A DNA stretch of 64,000 nt. Source: Candidatus Bathyarchaeia archaeon. GTDB taxonomy: Archaea > Thermoproteota > Bathyarchaeia > Bathyarchaeales > Bathycorpusculaceae. The notes beneath the pieces were generated by a model. The model was given only the letters and a program-made list of their open reading frames with translations, was not told the DNA's origin and did not search any database. This document shows positions 39,455-49,105 of this stretch, one piece after another. The translations under genes and the position numbers were made by a program. Positions within the stretch are counted from its first letter, which is position 1. The number at the start of each line of letters is the position of its first letter. The stretch spans positions 22,510 to 86,509 of the forward strand of contig JBEKPM010000001.1 of assembly GCA_049520735.1 (NCBI GenBank). The letters are read 5' to 3'.

Positions 39455-40574
39455 AGGAAATATTCAGGTTCCAGAAAATCTTAAACAAATAATAAGAGCA
39501 ATACCACCGATTGAAGCAGACGAACAAGGATTATCAGAGAAATCTCTGGCAAACATATCTTTTTTCAAAAGAAAGATAGACCCAGTTTTAATTTGCACTT
39601 ATTTCGGACTTTACAAATCACGAGAACTTCCACCTCTGGTTGAAGAGATAAAAATATTTTCTGAAAAGAAAGACTTCAGCGTTGAAATTGGAGAATTTGA
39701 TGATTTGTTAAATCATTTGCTTTTCTGTTTATGGGTTAAAAAGAATGGATTCCCAGATTCCTGTGAAGATAACGTAAAATATCGAGAAGACCTGTATGCA
39801 TTCATAAAAAAACTGTTGGATGAAGACTACTACCGAAACGTGCTAATACCATTCTATATTAATAAAGCAGATGAAAGAGAAAGCGGAACTTCCTCATTTT
39901 TACACAGGCTTACAAGCAGTGATATTGTAAAGCTAGAATTGGCTGATTATTCCCCAGAGTTTCTCTCTCGCGAATTTTCCAATGCCCAACATGAATTCAT
40001 GGAAGAAGTCGTTAAGCCAATTCTAAATCATCAACCTCAGCAACCAAACTCAAAGCTGAAAGATTTTTTACTAAAAGATGAGGGGCAATGCCTCGAATTC
40101 AAAGCTACTCTGCGATACAATATTAAAGCAGCCGATGATGGTCATGAAATGGCAGATCCAGTTTTGGAAAAAGAAGTACTTAGCACAATCTGTGCTTTTC
40201 TAAATTCAGAAGGCGGAACGCTAATTATTGGAGTTAAAGATGATGATAAGAAAGTATTTGGCCTCAAAAATGACTTTAGATTTCTCCCTAAGAAGAAAGA
40301 TAAGGATGGGTTTGAAAACTATCTGAGAGAAAGCCTAGTTCACAATGTACAGCCATATATTCCTAGGTTAGTAAAAATTGATTTTGAATCTGTAGGCAAC
40401 GAAGAGGTATGTATAGTTCAAGTCGAAAAATCCAGCGCGCCTATGTTTCTAAAAGAAAAGGTCGGTAACCGAGATATCCAAGAACTTTGGATACGAGACG
40501 GAAATGGAAAACGACGATTAGACGGCGTTGATATGGCTGAGTATATAAAACGGAATTGGAGTTCGTCGGCATAA
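39444..40574 (+). CDS. PbeD-position protein fused to Schlafen/AlbA_2 domain
   Basis: C-terminal EGQCLEFKAT...ICAFLNSEGGTLIIGVKD; N-terminal about 200 aa helical region unassigned. Confidence 0.75.
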   Translation: MKLKGNIQVPENLKQIIRAIPPIEADEQGLSEKSLANISFFKRKIDPVLICTYFGLYKSRELPPLVEEIKIFSEKKDFSVEIGEFDDLLNHLLFCLWVKKNGFPDSCEDNVKYREDLYAFIKKLLDEDYYRNVLIPFYINKADERESGTSSFLHRLTSSDIVKLELADYSPEFLSREFSNAQHEFMEEVVKPILNHQPQQPNSKLKDFLLKDEGQCLEFKATLRYNIKAADDGHEMADPVLEKEVLSTICAFLNSEGGTLIIGVKDDDKKVFGLKNDFRFLPKKKDKDGFENYLRESLVHNVQPYIPRLVKIDFESVGNEEVCIVQVEKSSAPMFLKEKVGNRDIQELWIRDGNGKRRLDGVDMAEYIKRNWSSSA

Positions 40575-40604
40575 CTGCTCAATTAAGCGTAAATTGGGAT
40601 GGAA

Positions 40605-41075
40605 TTAAGGTGCATCATCCTCAATGATGCTCTTTGTTTCAGCTTCAGGAAGTAATGCTCTATAAGGCGAGCTTGGATTGCTCCGGCATTCCCTCAAAAG
40701 CCAAGAGCCAATATGTGTTTCCCATCGACTCCAACCGATTCCTGTCGCGTAAACTACAAATTTCTGCCATTCTTGATAATCTGTAATCTTCTTGAAAAAA
40801 CTATGAATTACCTCATATTCTCTGTTCTCAAATGCCTTAACCACATTTTGTATAAGAGAACAATTTATAATCGGGATTTTTAGGTATTCATCCGTTGAAA
40901 TACCGCAATCGCAATGTTGATCGGTTGTGTCCTCACTCTGTTCTTCATTTGAATCCTTTTGTTTTAAGTCGCAAAAAAATAAGCCTCCTCTTGAATTCAA
41001 TCTTTCTTTGGCGCTTATTTGAAAAGGACATGAATAATAGCTTTCAAGAGATTGTTTTTCACGCGTATTTTTCAT
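40605..41075 (-). CDS. Hypothetical protein
   Basis: 156-aa ORF, Cys-rich N half. Confidence 0.5.
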   Translation of the reverse strand: MKNTREKQSLESYYSCPFQISAKERLNSRGGLFFCDLKQKDSNEEQSEDTTDQHCDCGISTDEYLKIPIINCSLIQNVVKAFENREYEVIHSFFKKITDYQEWQKFVVYATGIGWSRWETHIGSWLLRECRSNPSSPYRALLPEAETKSIIEDDAP

Positions 41076-41243
41076 TTTGTAAGCCCACTTAGCGCTGGCA
41101 ACTAAGTCATCCTATATGCATTGCGACGACTTTTATATTTTGTTAGTTACTATTTTGAATCTAAGATTTCTTACATCATATCGTCAAACATGCTATCGGA
41201 TTCTTCTGTAAGTTGATCATTCGCGCGCAGATTCGAATGATTT

Positions 41244-42050
41244 TCAAGTGACCAATCTAATCTCAGACTTTATTTGATCAGCTTCTTTAAGACATTTATG
41301 GAGCTCAACAATTTTTTGCCAGGTAATAATTCTCGCGTCTTCTATCATTTCGTGAAATGAACCCTCAATTAAAATCCTCGCTAAGGCAGCGTCAGAATCA
41401 GTTGTTACAAGAAAAGGCTTGCTATTCCATTTGTCCCAGGCATGCTTTAACTTTGCTAGGGCTTCGAGGAAGTTCCCTTTCAAATGCACCTCAAAAGCCC
41501 ACTTCGGGTTTCCAGAAGCGATTGTTTTCCACACAGCATCAAGACGCCAGTTATCAATTTTATATTCTCCTTCTACAATCTTTCCCTCAAATCTTCCTAT
41601 TTCCAAAATTAAATCCCTAAGATCATTATGCTTTGGAAACTCCCGGGCAGCAACCTCTATTTTTGGCAGTGAGGTATCTACAGTGATTTCCTTTTGTGTT
41701 TCCTTCGAGGCAGGTAAAAGGAAAGCCGCAAACTCAGGGAATTTTTTAAGAGAGGAAAAGTTAATCTCTGTAGGTTTCTCACTTAGAACCTCAAGACCCC
41801 TTTTGGTGATTTTAAAATGCCCTCTTTTTGTTCCCTCCAGAAGCTTTGCCTTGCCAAGATAGGTTCTTGCCCATGTGACTCTACCTTGAACCAGCAATTT
41901 TCCAGTTTCGGACCTTCGCTGTCTCTCCTCATTGCTGATGTTAAACTCCTTGCAGATTTGGTCTACTGTTTCAGTTAATGAATGTTCCTTATTGTCGCCA
42001 AGAAATCTTAAAAATGGAAGAAGCATTCGCTCGTAGCTTGGAATTGGCAT
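41244..42050 (-). CDS. Mrr N-terminal wHTH plus PD-(D/E)xK nuclease
   Basis: MPIPSYE..LLPFL, RVTWARTYL.KA.LL, RG.FKIT.RG; LDAVW...AFEVH. Confidence 0.85.
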   Translation of the reverse strand: MPIPSYERMLLPFLRFLGDNKEHSLTETVDQICKEFNISNEERQRRSETGKLLVQGRVTWARTYLGKAKLLEGTKRGHFKITKRGLEVLSEKPTEINFSSLKKFPEFAAFLLPASKETQKEITVDTSLPKIEVAAREFPKHNDLRDLILEIGRFEGKIVEGEYKIDNWRLDAVWKTIASGNPKWAFEVHLKGNFLEALAKLKHAWDKWNSKPFLVTTDSDAALARILIEGSFHEMIEDARIITWQKIVELHKCLKEADQIKSEIRLVT

Positions 42051-42155
42051 GGATAATCAATATTGTCCTAAATGCTTAAATATTTTTAGAGAACAAAACC
42101 CACAGTGAAACAACAGATGATGTCAAGGATATGTAGAAAAGCGCTCGCTTTGAAT

Positions 42156-43445
42156 TCATGTACGCATATAAGAAGGTAATGTAACCTCGCTGACTTCAAC
42201 ATTTTTGATAGCCGCAATTTCTTGTCGCAGCATATCAGAGCTTGATTTCATGATGGATAAGTCTCCGCCTACCGCATTGAAAAGCATTTTTTCGGCAGCT
42301 TTCCGATATAATGATCCTGTGATAATTTTCTTGTTAAGAGGATTCCAGATTAGATGAGCCCACGGCTCTCCCGATAACTCCATTGGTACTTTTGAAACTC
42401 TCTCGACGGCTTCTTTCAAAGCCAGCCCGTTATAATCTATTAATTGACGAATTATTTTGATGTACATTAGAAGTCCGATTGGTCTGAAAAGAACGTTCCC
42501 ACCTTCAGCGGTTCTGTATTTTCTGGCTATTTCAGCATTAGGATCGCTTTCCTTTACTTCCTTAAGCTGTGGGAAAAACTGGCATAAATTTTCCCAAAGA
42601 TCAATTGCATTATTGTGTAATTTTTCAATTTCTTCTTCTCCTGGATTTAATCTCTTAAATTTAGCCCATTTGGGTCGTGAAGTATTAATAAGATAGGTGT
42701 CTAATCCATCATAGAGCGCATTAATACTGGTGAAACTTCGCTTATCGCTGACTGAGATGCTTGTAGCGCCTTTGACCGAAGTTTTTTCGGAGAACAATGA
42801 ATATTCTTCGACAAATCTTCTAGTGATGATGGCGACTGCGTCATCTTCATCCAACGCTATAATGTCTTTCTTGTTTACAGGTTTTGCATATCTGTTGAGG
42901 GTTGTGAAAAGGCGCCTAGTTCTTTGGAATCCTTCTTCATCGCCGCTTCTGTGATCTCCGGTAATTCCGCTTACGAGGATTACGCAAACCTCTTCAGAAC
43001 CAAAGTCAGTGTTGTTCTTTACAGTGAGTCGGATTCCTTCAATTCGATGCTGACCATCTATGGGAAAGAGCTTTTCAGAACCATCAAGAAAAAGGAAACC
43101 CATCGTACCTTCCAGTTCTGCAGGCAATTCAAGTACCGAGCCTGATGTCTGCTTTATGACAAGCTCCTTCCATTGTGGATCTCCCCCATATGTTCCAATC
43201 ACTAATGCATTGAAGAAACGCTGTTTTTGCATTAAAAGATAGTTTTCAATTTCTTTAGCTCTTCCAGGAAGAATTTGTCGTTGCAGAAGTTCCTGCAAAG
43301 TCTTACTAGAATAGAATGAATTCGCGCAATCTATTCTCTGCGCTATATCTTTCATTTTCATGAAAGCAATGTAATATGTCCAATCGCCCATTCGAGCTCT
43401 TAAGGAGGGGAGAATTAAGAGGTTTTTCTTCTCAGTATCGCTCAA
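42156..43445 (-). CDS. Second DGQHR (DndB-like) domain protein
   Basis: MGDW.YY, LQR, IDGQHR, RRLFTTLNRYAKPV. Confidence 0.88.
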   Translation of the reverse strand: MSDTEKKNLLILPSLRARMGDWTYYIAFMKMKDIAQRIDCANSFYSSKTLQELLQRQILPGRAKEIENYLLMQKQRFFNALVIGTYGGDPQWKELVIKQTSGSVLELPAELEGTMGFLFLDGSEKLFPIDGQHRIEGIRLTVKNNTDFGSEEVCVILVSGITGDHRSGDEEGFQRTRRLFTTLNRYAKPVNKKDIIALDEDDAVAIITRRFVEEYSLFSEKTSVKGATSISVSDKRSFTSINALYDGLDTYLINTSRPKWAKFKRLNPGEEEIEKLHNNAIDLWENLCQFFPQLKEVKESDPNAEIARKYRTAEGGNVLFRPIGLLMYIKIIRQLIDYNGLALKEAVERVSKVPMELSGEPWAHLIWNPLNKKIITGSLYRKAAEKMLFNAVGGDLSIMKSSSDMLRQEIAAIKNVEVSEVTLPSYMRT

Positions 43446-43921
43446 GAAAATGCCCTCACACTAGTGCTAATTGTTCCTTCGTATTCCTCATTCAAAGGAG
43501 GTAGATAAGCATTCATTAATCCACCTTCCACATTATCCAAGGCTGCTAATGGTACACGAGTATAGCAGAAACGAATAAACTGGTCATACTTGTTAAGGAC
43601 ATAGGATATTTTTGGACGGCCATCTTCCCGACGTTCCATACCCAAATATTCCCGAAACCTTCTCCGTAAACAACCAGTCTTTCCAACATACATTAGATAC
43701 GAACACAACGGGTGGCCTGCTATTCCAGGGTAAATGATAAGGGTGTAAATTCCTGGATCTTCCGGGATTTGATCTGCTCTAGTAGATTCAAGCTTTTCAT
43801 TTTTCCATTCATGAGTCTGAGTATATGTTTGCCATTGGCGTGGCCAGAGGGTAAAATGTTGAATGCACCCCTTCATTTCATCAGTCTCGTGTACTATGTC
43901 AGTGGATGTTGTCGATGACAT
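43442..43921 (-). CDS. GIY-YIG nuclease
   Basis: PGIY...YVGKT..LRRRFREY...E...PPLN. Confidence 0.85.
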   Translation of the reverse strand: MSSTTSTDIVHETDEMKGCIQHFTLWPRQWQTYTQTHEWKNEKLESTRADQIPEDPGIYTLIIYPGIAGHPLCSYLMYVGKTGCLRRRFREYLGMERREDGRPKISYVLNKYDQFIRFCYTRVPLAALDNVEGGLMNAYLPPLNEEYEGTISTSVRAFS

Positions 43922-44038
43922 GTTAACTTGATGTGAATTCTTTTGGTATTTTACCTTTTCTATAGATTTCTAAAGCCCTAGTTTGACTGCTTCATATTTC
44001 TCTATTATTATATCTGAATTGAGAAAGCAAAAGAGGCA

Positions 44039-44542
44039 CTAATTCTCGGGCAACAAACCAATCAACAGAATGGGGACGGGTATGGGAAGTAATCGAAAAT
44101 ATTTCTGCGCCAAGTCAAACTCCGCCATATTAGAAACACTTGCTGGTCTATTAGGGAAGAACTTTTTCGGGTTAGTCGGAACTATAAGAACAGCCAATGA
44201 AAGTAGGTTATGGGTTAAGCCATAGTGAAATTTGTAGTAGTCTCGATAAAGGGTTGAGCTGTTTCCAAATTGCACTTCTATGAACACGTCGTCCTTTTGA
44301 AAATCCCCGATTAGTCTAGGATTCTCATATAAGAAAGGAAACAGCTTCCACCCGAGTTTTTGGAATTCAATTTGAAATGCTTTGTTATACCCCATTTGAT
44401 GACTGAATTTCTTGTTGCCAACTGTCACAACGAATTCTTCTTTCCATTGCACTCGTGATAGACAAGAATCAATTTCTTTTATTTGGTCAATATTTTGTAA
44501 TAGCTTCGGGCTGCAAAAGAAGAAATCCTGTTTTGTTTTCAT
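44039..44542 (-). CDS. BglII/BstYI-like restriction endonuclease
   Basis: DFQKDDVFIEVQFGN motif. Confidence 0.8.
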   Translation of the reverse strand: MKTKQDFFFCSPKLLQNIDQIKEIDSCLSRVQWKEEFVVTVGNKKFSHQMGYNKAFQIEFQKLGWKLFPFLYENPRLIGDFQKDDVFIEVQFGNSSTLYRDYYKFHYGLTHNLLSLAVLIVPTNPKKFFPNRPASVSNMAEFDLAQKYFRLLPIPVPILLIGLLPEN

Positions 44543-44546
44543 TCGC

Positions 44547-45218
44547 TCAACTTCTGGGTTTCTTATGTTTTAGAACGGCGCGTTTGTCGCCTAACTCTTT
44601 TTCAGTTTTCAGTCTGCTAATGAGATCTTTTCTCATTAAGGAAACTGTCTTTTTTCTATCTATTTGAATGCCCTTAAGCCGGGAAAATGGAATGGTAGGG
44701 TAAATAAGAATCTTACAGCCTTTTGTTGTTGCAGCAATATATCCAATGCTTCTGCAGTTGGAGTGTTCTATTGTGTATGACATCCATGACTGATAATGCG
44801 GAATATCTTCAAAATCCATCGGATAGAAATGAACTATCCACGAAAAATCTATTCCATAAGTCGATTGCGCTAGGGCTTCTTCAATTCCATTATAGAAAAC
44901 CGAACTATTCCCAAGAAGCTTAAATTCAACGCCATGGAGAAACTCCCCATATTTGAAATACATATCAATTTCAGGTTGATGCAAAAACCTGATGCTTCCA
45001 AAATCTCTGTGAATGTTTTTGAAGTGTTTTTTTGCATAAAAGATTTGTTGACTCTGAATTATTCTTGAGGTGACATGTTTGACTAATGCAAGCTCTCGAT
45101 GCTTAACGTTTTTAGTAGCATTTGCCAAATGTCCTGCATTGAATGACTCAATCGCACTTTTGAGAATAATCCCGGCATCTTCCGCATTCAATGAAGCAAA
45201 CGTCAACTTGAGACACAC
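44547..45218 (-). CDS. Putative PD-(D/E)xK nuclease
   Basis: PEIDMY...GVEFK...Q..Y pattern. Confidence 0.55.
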   Translation of the reverse strand: MCLKLTFASLNAEDAGIILKSAIESFNAGHLANATKNVKHRELALVKHVTSRIIQSQQIFYAKKHFKNIHRDFGSIRFLHQPEIDMYFKYGEFLHGVEFKLLGNSSVFYNGIEEALAQSTYGIDFSWIVHFYPMDFEDIPHYQSWMSYTIEHSNCRSIGYIAATTKGCKILIYPTIPFSRLKGIQIDRKKTVSLMRKDLISRLKTEKELGDKRAVLKHKKPRS

Positions 45219-45390
45219 TCCAATTGAGTCCTAGACATCAGGTTATTTCTTTTTAAGTTTTGGCGCCAAGAGCTTTAATCATATCCATATTGTCATATCG
45301 AAGACATAGAGCAGAGCTTGAGGGATAAGTATCAAACACAGTAAAGAAACCGTTTTGGCTGTGAGTTCAAAGAAAGAATTACAAATTCTA

Positions 45391-45594
45391 TTATTCTGGA
45401 AATAGGAGCTTTTCACCACACATAGGGCATTCAACAGGGAATTTGTTTTGGAAACAAGATAATTGATATGAACAATCAAAACAGAAGTATATTTGGCATT
45501 TTGTACAGTACTTAGAAGCTCCACCAATCATCTTTCCGCATGCATCGCAAGGTCTCGACAAATCAACCATAGAAGATGCGAAGTGCTCAACCAT
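45391..45594 (-). CDS. Small RING/B-box-like zinc-finger protein
   Basis: Four CxxC pairs in 67 aa. Confidence 0.65.
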   Translation of the reverse strand: MVEHFASSMVDLSRPCDACGKMIGGASKYCTKCQIYFCFDCSYQLSCFQNKFPVECPMCGEKLLFPE

Positions 45595-45808
45595 TTTTAA
45601 GCAAAATGATGAAACTAATTTGCAACATAACAGAGACTATTTTGAAAGTGAACAAGAAGAGTTAGAATAGGTTTCATTGCGAAAGGTTTGCATAGAGATT
45701 TTGAAAATTTTTCTTAAAATATCACGTGCGAGTCTCCATTTTTACTTATGACAAATTATAATAATCAAAATATACACTCGGGTAAGCAAAGTAAGAAGAG
45801 GCAGTTAT

Positions 45809-46366
45809 ATGACTTTAGGCGGTAGAGCTTTTATAAAAGAGTTTTTAGAAGAATTTGCCAATTATGAGAAGCAAAGACCATGGCTTCCAATTTGGGATAA
45901 AAGTGGTGAATGGACAAAGGACATGCTCGGAGATTCAGTAAGCAGGAAGAAAAACAATTATGGGCTTATCGGAAAAATTGGCAAGACATTCGGTTATGGA
46001 GTGGACGCAGAGTGGAGACGAATCGATCAAGTTTGGTATTATTATCTCCCTAAACTGGAACAATGCAAAGAGCTGCCTTGGAAGCTTGATGTGATAATAG
46101 AACATGAAAATGATATCAATAACTTAGAGTACACCTTCTATAAACTTGGCGAAATCATCTCGCCTCTGAAAGTCGGTATATTTTACCCGGACAAGGGAAA
46201 GGAACAAGCAACTATTGAAAAATGCATAGAATTGATAACTAAATCAGTAACATCAGTAACTGGAGAGTCGTATCTAATCATATTCGGTTTCTTAACAAAA
46301 AAGAATACTGTTGAGTGGCGTGCTCATGAGATAGACTTCAAAGGAAACACTTCTAAGATTACATAA
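45809..46366 (+). CDS. Putative restriction-endonuclease-like protein
   Basis: EWRRIDQVW...VIIEHEN...KL pattern. Confidence 0.55.
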   Translation: MTLGGRAFIKEFLEEFANYEKQRPWLPIWDKSGEWTKDMLGDSVSRKKNNYGLIGKIGKTFGYGVDAEWRRIDQVWYYYLPKLEQCKELPWKLDVIIEHENDINNLEYTFYKLGEIISPLKVGIFYPDKGKEQATIEKCIELITKSVTSVTGESYLIIFGFLTKKNTVEWRAHEIDFKGNTSKIT

Positions 46367-46547
46367 GCAGCTATAGAATCTCCTTTTGGATGGTAGGAAT
46401 TTTACGTTGATGACTATTCCAAATTTATTTTCGTTTTCAGATCCCTTTTAGCTATTTCTTTTTGCTGATACTGGTGCGTTAAGGTACATGGGCTGAAAAT
46501 CCCAAAGTCTAAATATCAAGTGCAAACAAACAAATATCCGACCAGAA

Positions 46548-47375
46548 TTGAAAAAATCTCGTATTCTCTATGCTTGGATAATTACCATTTTAATTACTCT
46601 TCTTACATTAATTTTTGCATACAAGGGCAGTTTACCTACCCCGTTAGAAGAATTATTAATTGGAATAGAAGCTGTGGTGATTGCTACATTGCTTCTTAAT
46701 GAGTTATCTAAGGTATTAAATGAACCAACTATTATCATAACGCCAATATCCAAAAAGTCTGATGTTGGATTTTCTGTTAAAGTAAAGGATGAGAATATAG
46801 AAGATGTAGAAGTATATTGTAATAAAGTAAAAATTGACTTGAAAGACGGAAATGAAGAAGTAATTAAGGATCTTCATGTAGGCGGTATAGCTTTTTTCTA
46901 CCCATTCAAAATCATCTTATCCGATGAGGAGTTTAAGGATAGTGCATCACAGTGGGAATATTTAGATAAGACTGATAAATATCAACTTCGGGTCACTTTA
47001 TCCAATGAAGAATTAACACAGTTACATGTTGCGCATACTCGTAAGGACCAAATTGTATGTGTTTCCATGACTGAAGATTTTATTGAATATAACAAGTTAA
47101 GTGGCACTAGCAGAAGGGACAAACGACTCTTTTATCGTGGTTGGTTTCCTATTCCGATAGGTTCTTTTTCAGGATTAGAAATAAAAAAACCGCCTTGGGA
47201 ATTTCCACAATTTCATTGTAATATTCGTATAACTGGTAAAGGGATAAAAAAAGAAATAAATTGTTGGTATGATTTCACATGTTCTTTTTCTTTTTTCAGA
47301 GGACCAACAACAAGTAGAATTGAAGATGTACTTGTTGATTGCAACTTTGGAAAAACCAAAAGCCTTAAATGCTAA
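46548..47375 (+). CDS. 2-TM membrane protein, very AT-rich
   Basis: Two N-terminal TM helices. Confidence 0.6.
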   Translation: MKKSRILYAWIITILITLLTLIFAYKGSLPTPLEELLIGIEAVVIATLLLNELSKVLNEPTIIITPISKKSDVGFSVKVKDENIEDVEVYCNKVKIDLKDGNEEVIKDLHVGGIAFFYPFKIILSDEEFKDSASQWEYLDKTDKYQLRVTLSNEELTQLHVAHTRKDQIVCVSMTEDFIEYNKLSGTSRRDKRLFYRGWFPIPIGSFSGLEIKKPPWEFPQFHCNIRITGKGIKKEINCWYDFTCSFSFFRGPTTSRIEDVLVDCNFGKTKSLKC

Positions 47376-47489
47376 ATATATACCTTAACGCCCCAGTATC
47401 CTTTTTGCTCTTTTTGCATTCTTCGTTCTTTTCTAGAATCTCGGTTATTTGGCTGTCCATTTTTTTAATGCTTCGTTTGATTTCTCAAA

Positions 47490-47625
47490 TTGATCGCGCG
47501 GGATTTCGAGGCATTGGTTGTCGCCTTTGAGCCAGGTTAGCCTGAAGCGTATGGCGTAGCTTACAAATTCTTCTTTGGTAATGTAGCCGATCTGTTCATG
47601 TTCTTCGATGAATTCCGAGTTTGAA
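47490..47625 (-). pseudogene. Ribbon-helix-helix regulator fragment
   Basis: Encodes EFIEEHEQIGYITKEEFVSYAIRFRLTWLK with no proper start. Confidence 0.5.
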
Positions 47626-47780
47626 TCATGAGTTCAAGCCGGAGTTCTTTTTTCACTTTCACTTATCCCTCCACTGTTTCAAAAGTTCGTTTCCACATTT
47701 GCTTTTTATGCGATTTCCCCTAACGCAGTAAGCCGCCAAGTGAACGCCTATGAAAAACAAACAATGGAGGATTAACGTGA

Positions 47781-48069
47781 ATGGGTAAGACAGTTCCTTC
47801 CTACCGTTTGGCAGTGGAGTGGGAGATTGACCGCTGGAGAGGCTTTAGAAATGCATTGGCAAACGAGGAAGGAAAACAGGGCCTTTGATGTGCTGATGGG
47901 TATGTGTAGGAATCTTGCTTCTGCCGGCGGCTGCGCATGCAAACCCATAATCTTCGAACCCATGGCCATGTGCATACTGCTGGCTCAGCAGAAGAAAATT
48001 CAGCAGCTCGAGTACAAGCTAAACGATTTGTTGTGGCAAAGAAGTGGGGAGGTGAACAAAGACGGTTAA
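47781..48069 (+). pseudogene. Frameshifted small helical protein of the MG(K/R)TVPSYR family
   Basis: GGAGG then MGKTVPSYRLAVEWEIDRWRGFRNAL; continues in another frame as AFDVLMGMCRN...PIIFEPMAMCILLAQQKKI (shift near 47870). Confidence 0.7.
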
Positions 48070-48460
48070 ACTGAAGGTCAAAACAGTAAGGACAGACAGC
48101 CTCGAAAAATTTGAAAAAGATAAGAACTACGGTGGAATAGTCCGTACACGTTGTGGCTCTTATGAGCTTTATTTCCCAACAAAACTAGATGACCAGCTCA
48201 ACCCCTTAATGGGCAAAGACTTCGATATCGACGTCGTACAAGAAGGCGAAGATTTGAAAATAATTCTTACCAATAATAAAACGTCTCCAAAAAACAGACG
48301 CCGAACTCTAAAACCCGAGCCTTAACCTCGCTAAATCTGAACAAGGTATTCCAAATCTTTCTAATATTTTTAAGTAATCCTGTTATGACTGTTTCAGAAA
48401 AGACCTGTAGATTCAAAAAAATTATAAAGTAAACTAAGAGAAAACCTCAAGGGAATAAAG

Positions 48461-49045
48461 ATGATGAAGAAACAATCAACGCTTTTTCCAGAAAACGAAG
48501 TCACAGTGATATCAGAACTGGACCTAAAGGAAGCTGAAAAGATCGCGGCTCAAGTCAAAACAGCAGTCGAGCCTATATGTGAAAGTCTTGAGGTTGCAGG
48601 AAGCATAAGACGACAAAAAAGCAAGGTACATGACATAGACTTGGTTGTGGTCACAAAAAATGATGCAGAATGGCAAAAGATAAACGAAAAACTCAAAAAA
48701 CTAAAAGCCAAACCCAACTGCTCAGGAAACAGCGTCATTATATCGTTTTTGCCCTGTCAAAATGGGCTTTTCCAAGTGGACTTCTACCGTGCGAAGCCCT
48801 CAACATTTGGAATTCTTCTGCTTGTCCGTACAGGTTCAGCGGAACATAACGTGTGGCTTGCAGGCTGCGCCATTTCAAAAGGGATGAGAATCAAGTACAG
48901 CGAAGGCCTACTCAAAGACAATAGCGTAATCGCAGGGGAAACCGAGAAGGGAGTGTTTGAAGCGTTAGGCTTACACTGTCCGTTGCCTGCTGAGCGTGAG
49001 ATTGTGGACCGCAAACCCGTTTGGATGCCGCCTGAAAAACTTTAA
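48461..49045 (+). CDS. polX: Minimal family X DNA polymerase (palm and thumb only)
   Basis: AGSIRR...HDIDLV, QVDFY, RTGSAEHN, E..VFEALGL...P..RE. Confidence 0.9.
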   Translation: MMKKQSTLFPENEVTVISELDLKEAEKIAAQVKTAVEPICESLEVAGSIRRQKSKVHDIDLVVVTKNDAEWQKINEKLKKLKAKPNCSGNSVIISFLPCQNGLFQVDFYRAKPSTFGILLLVRTGSAEHNVWLAGCAISKGMRIKYSEGLLKDNSVIAGETEKGVFEALGLHCPLPAEREIVDRKPVWMPPEKL

Positions 49046-49105
49046 CACTTCTTTGAGCTAGCCGATGAAGTTTAATATGAAGACCACAGAGAAATAAGTG
49101 CTGGT

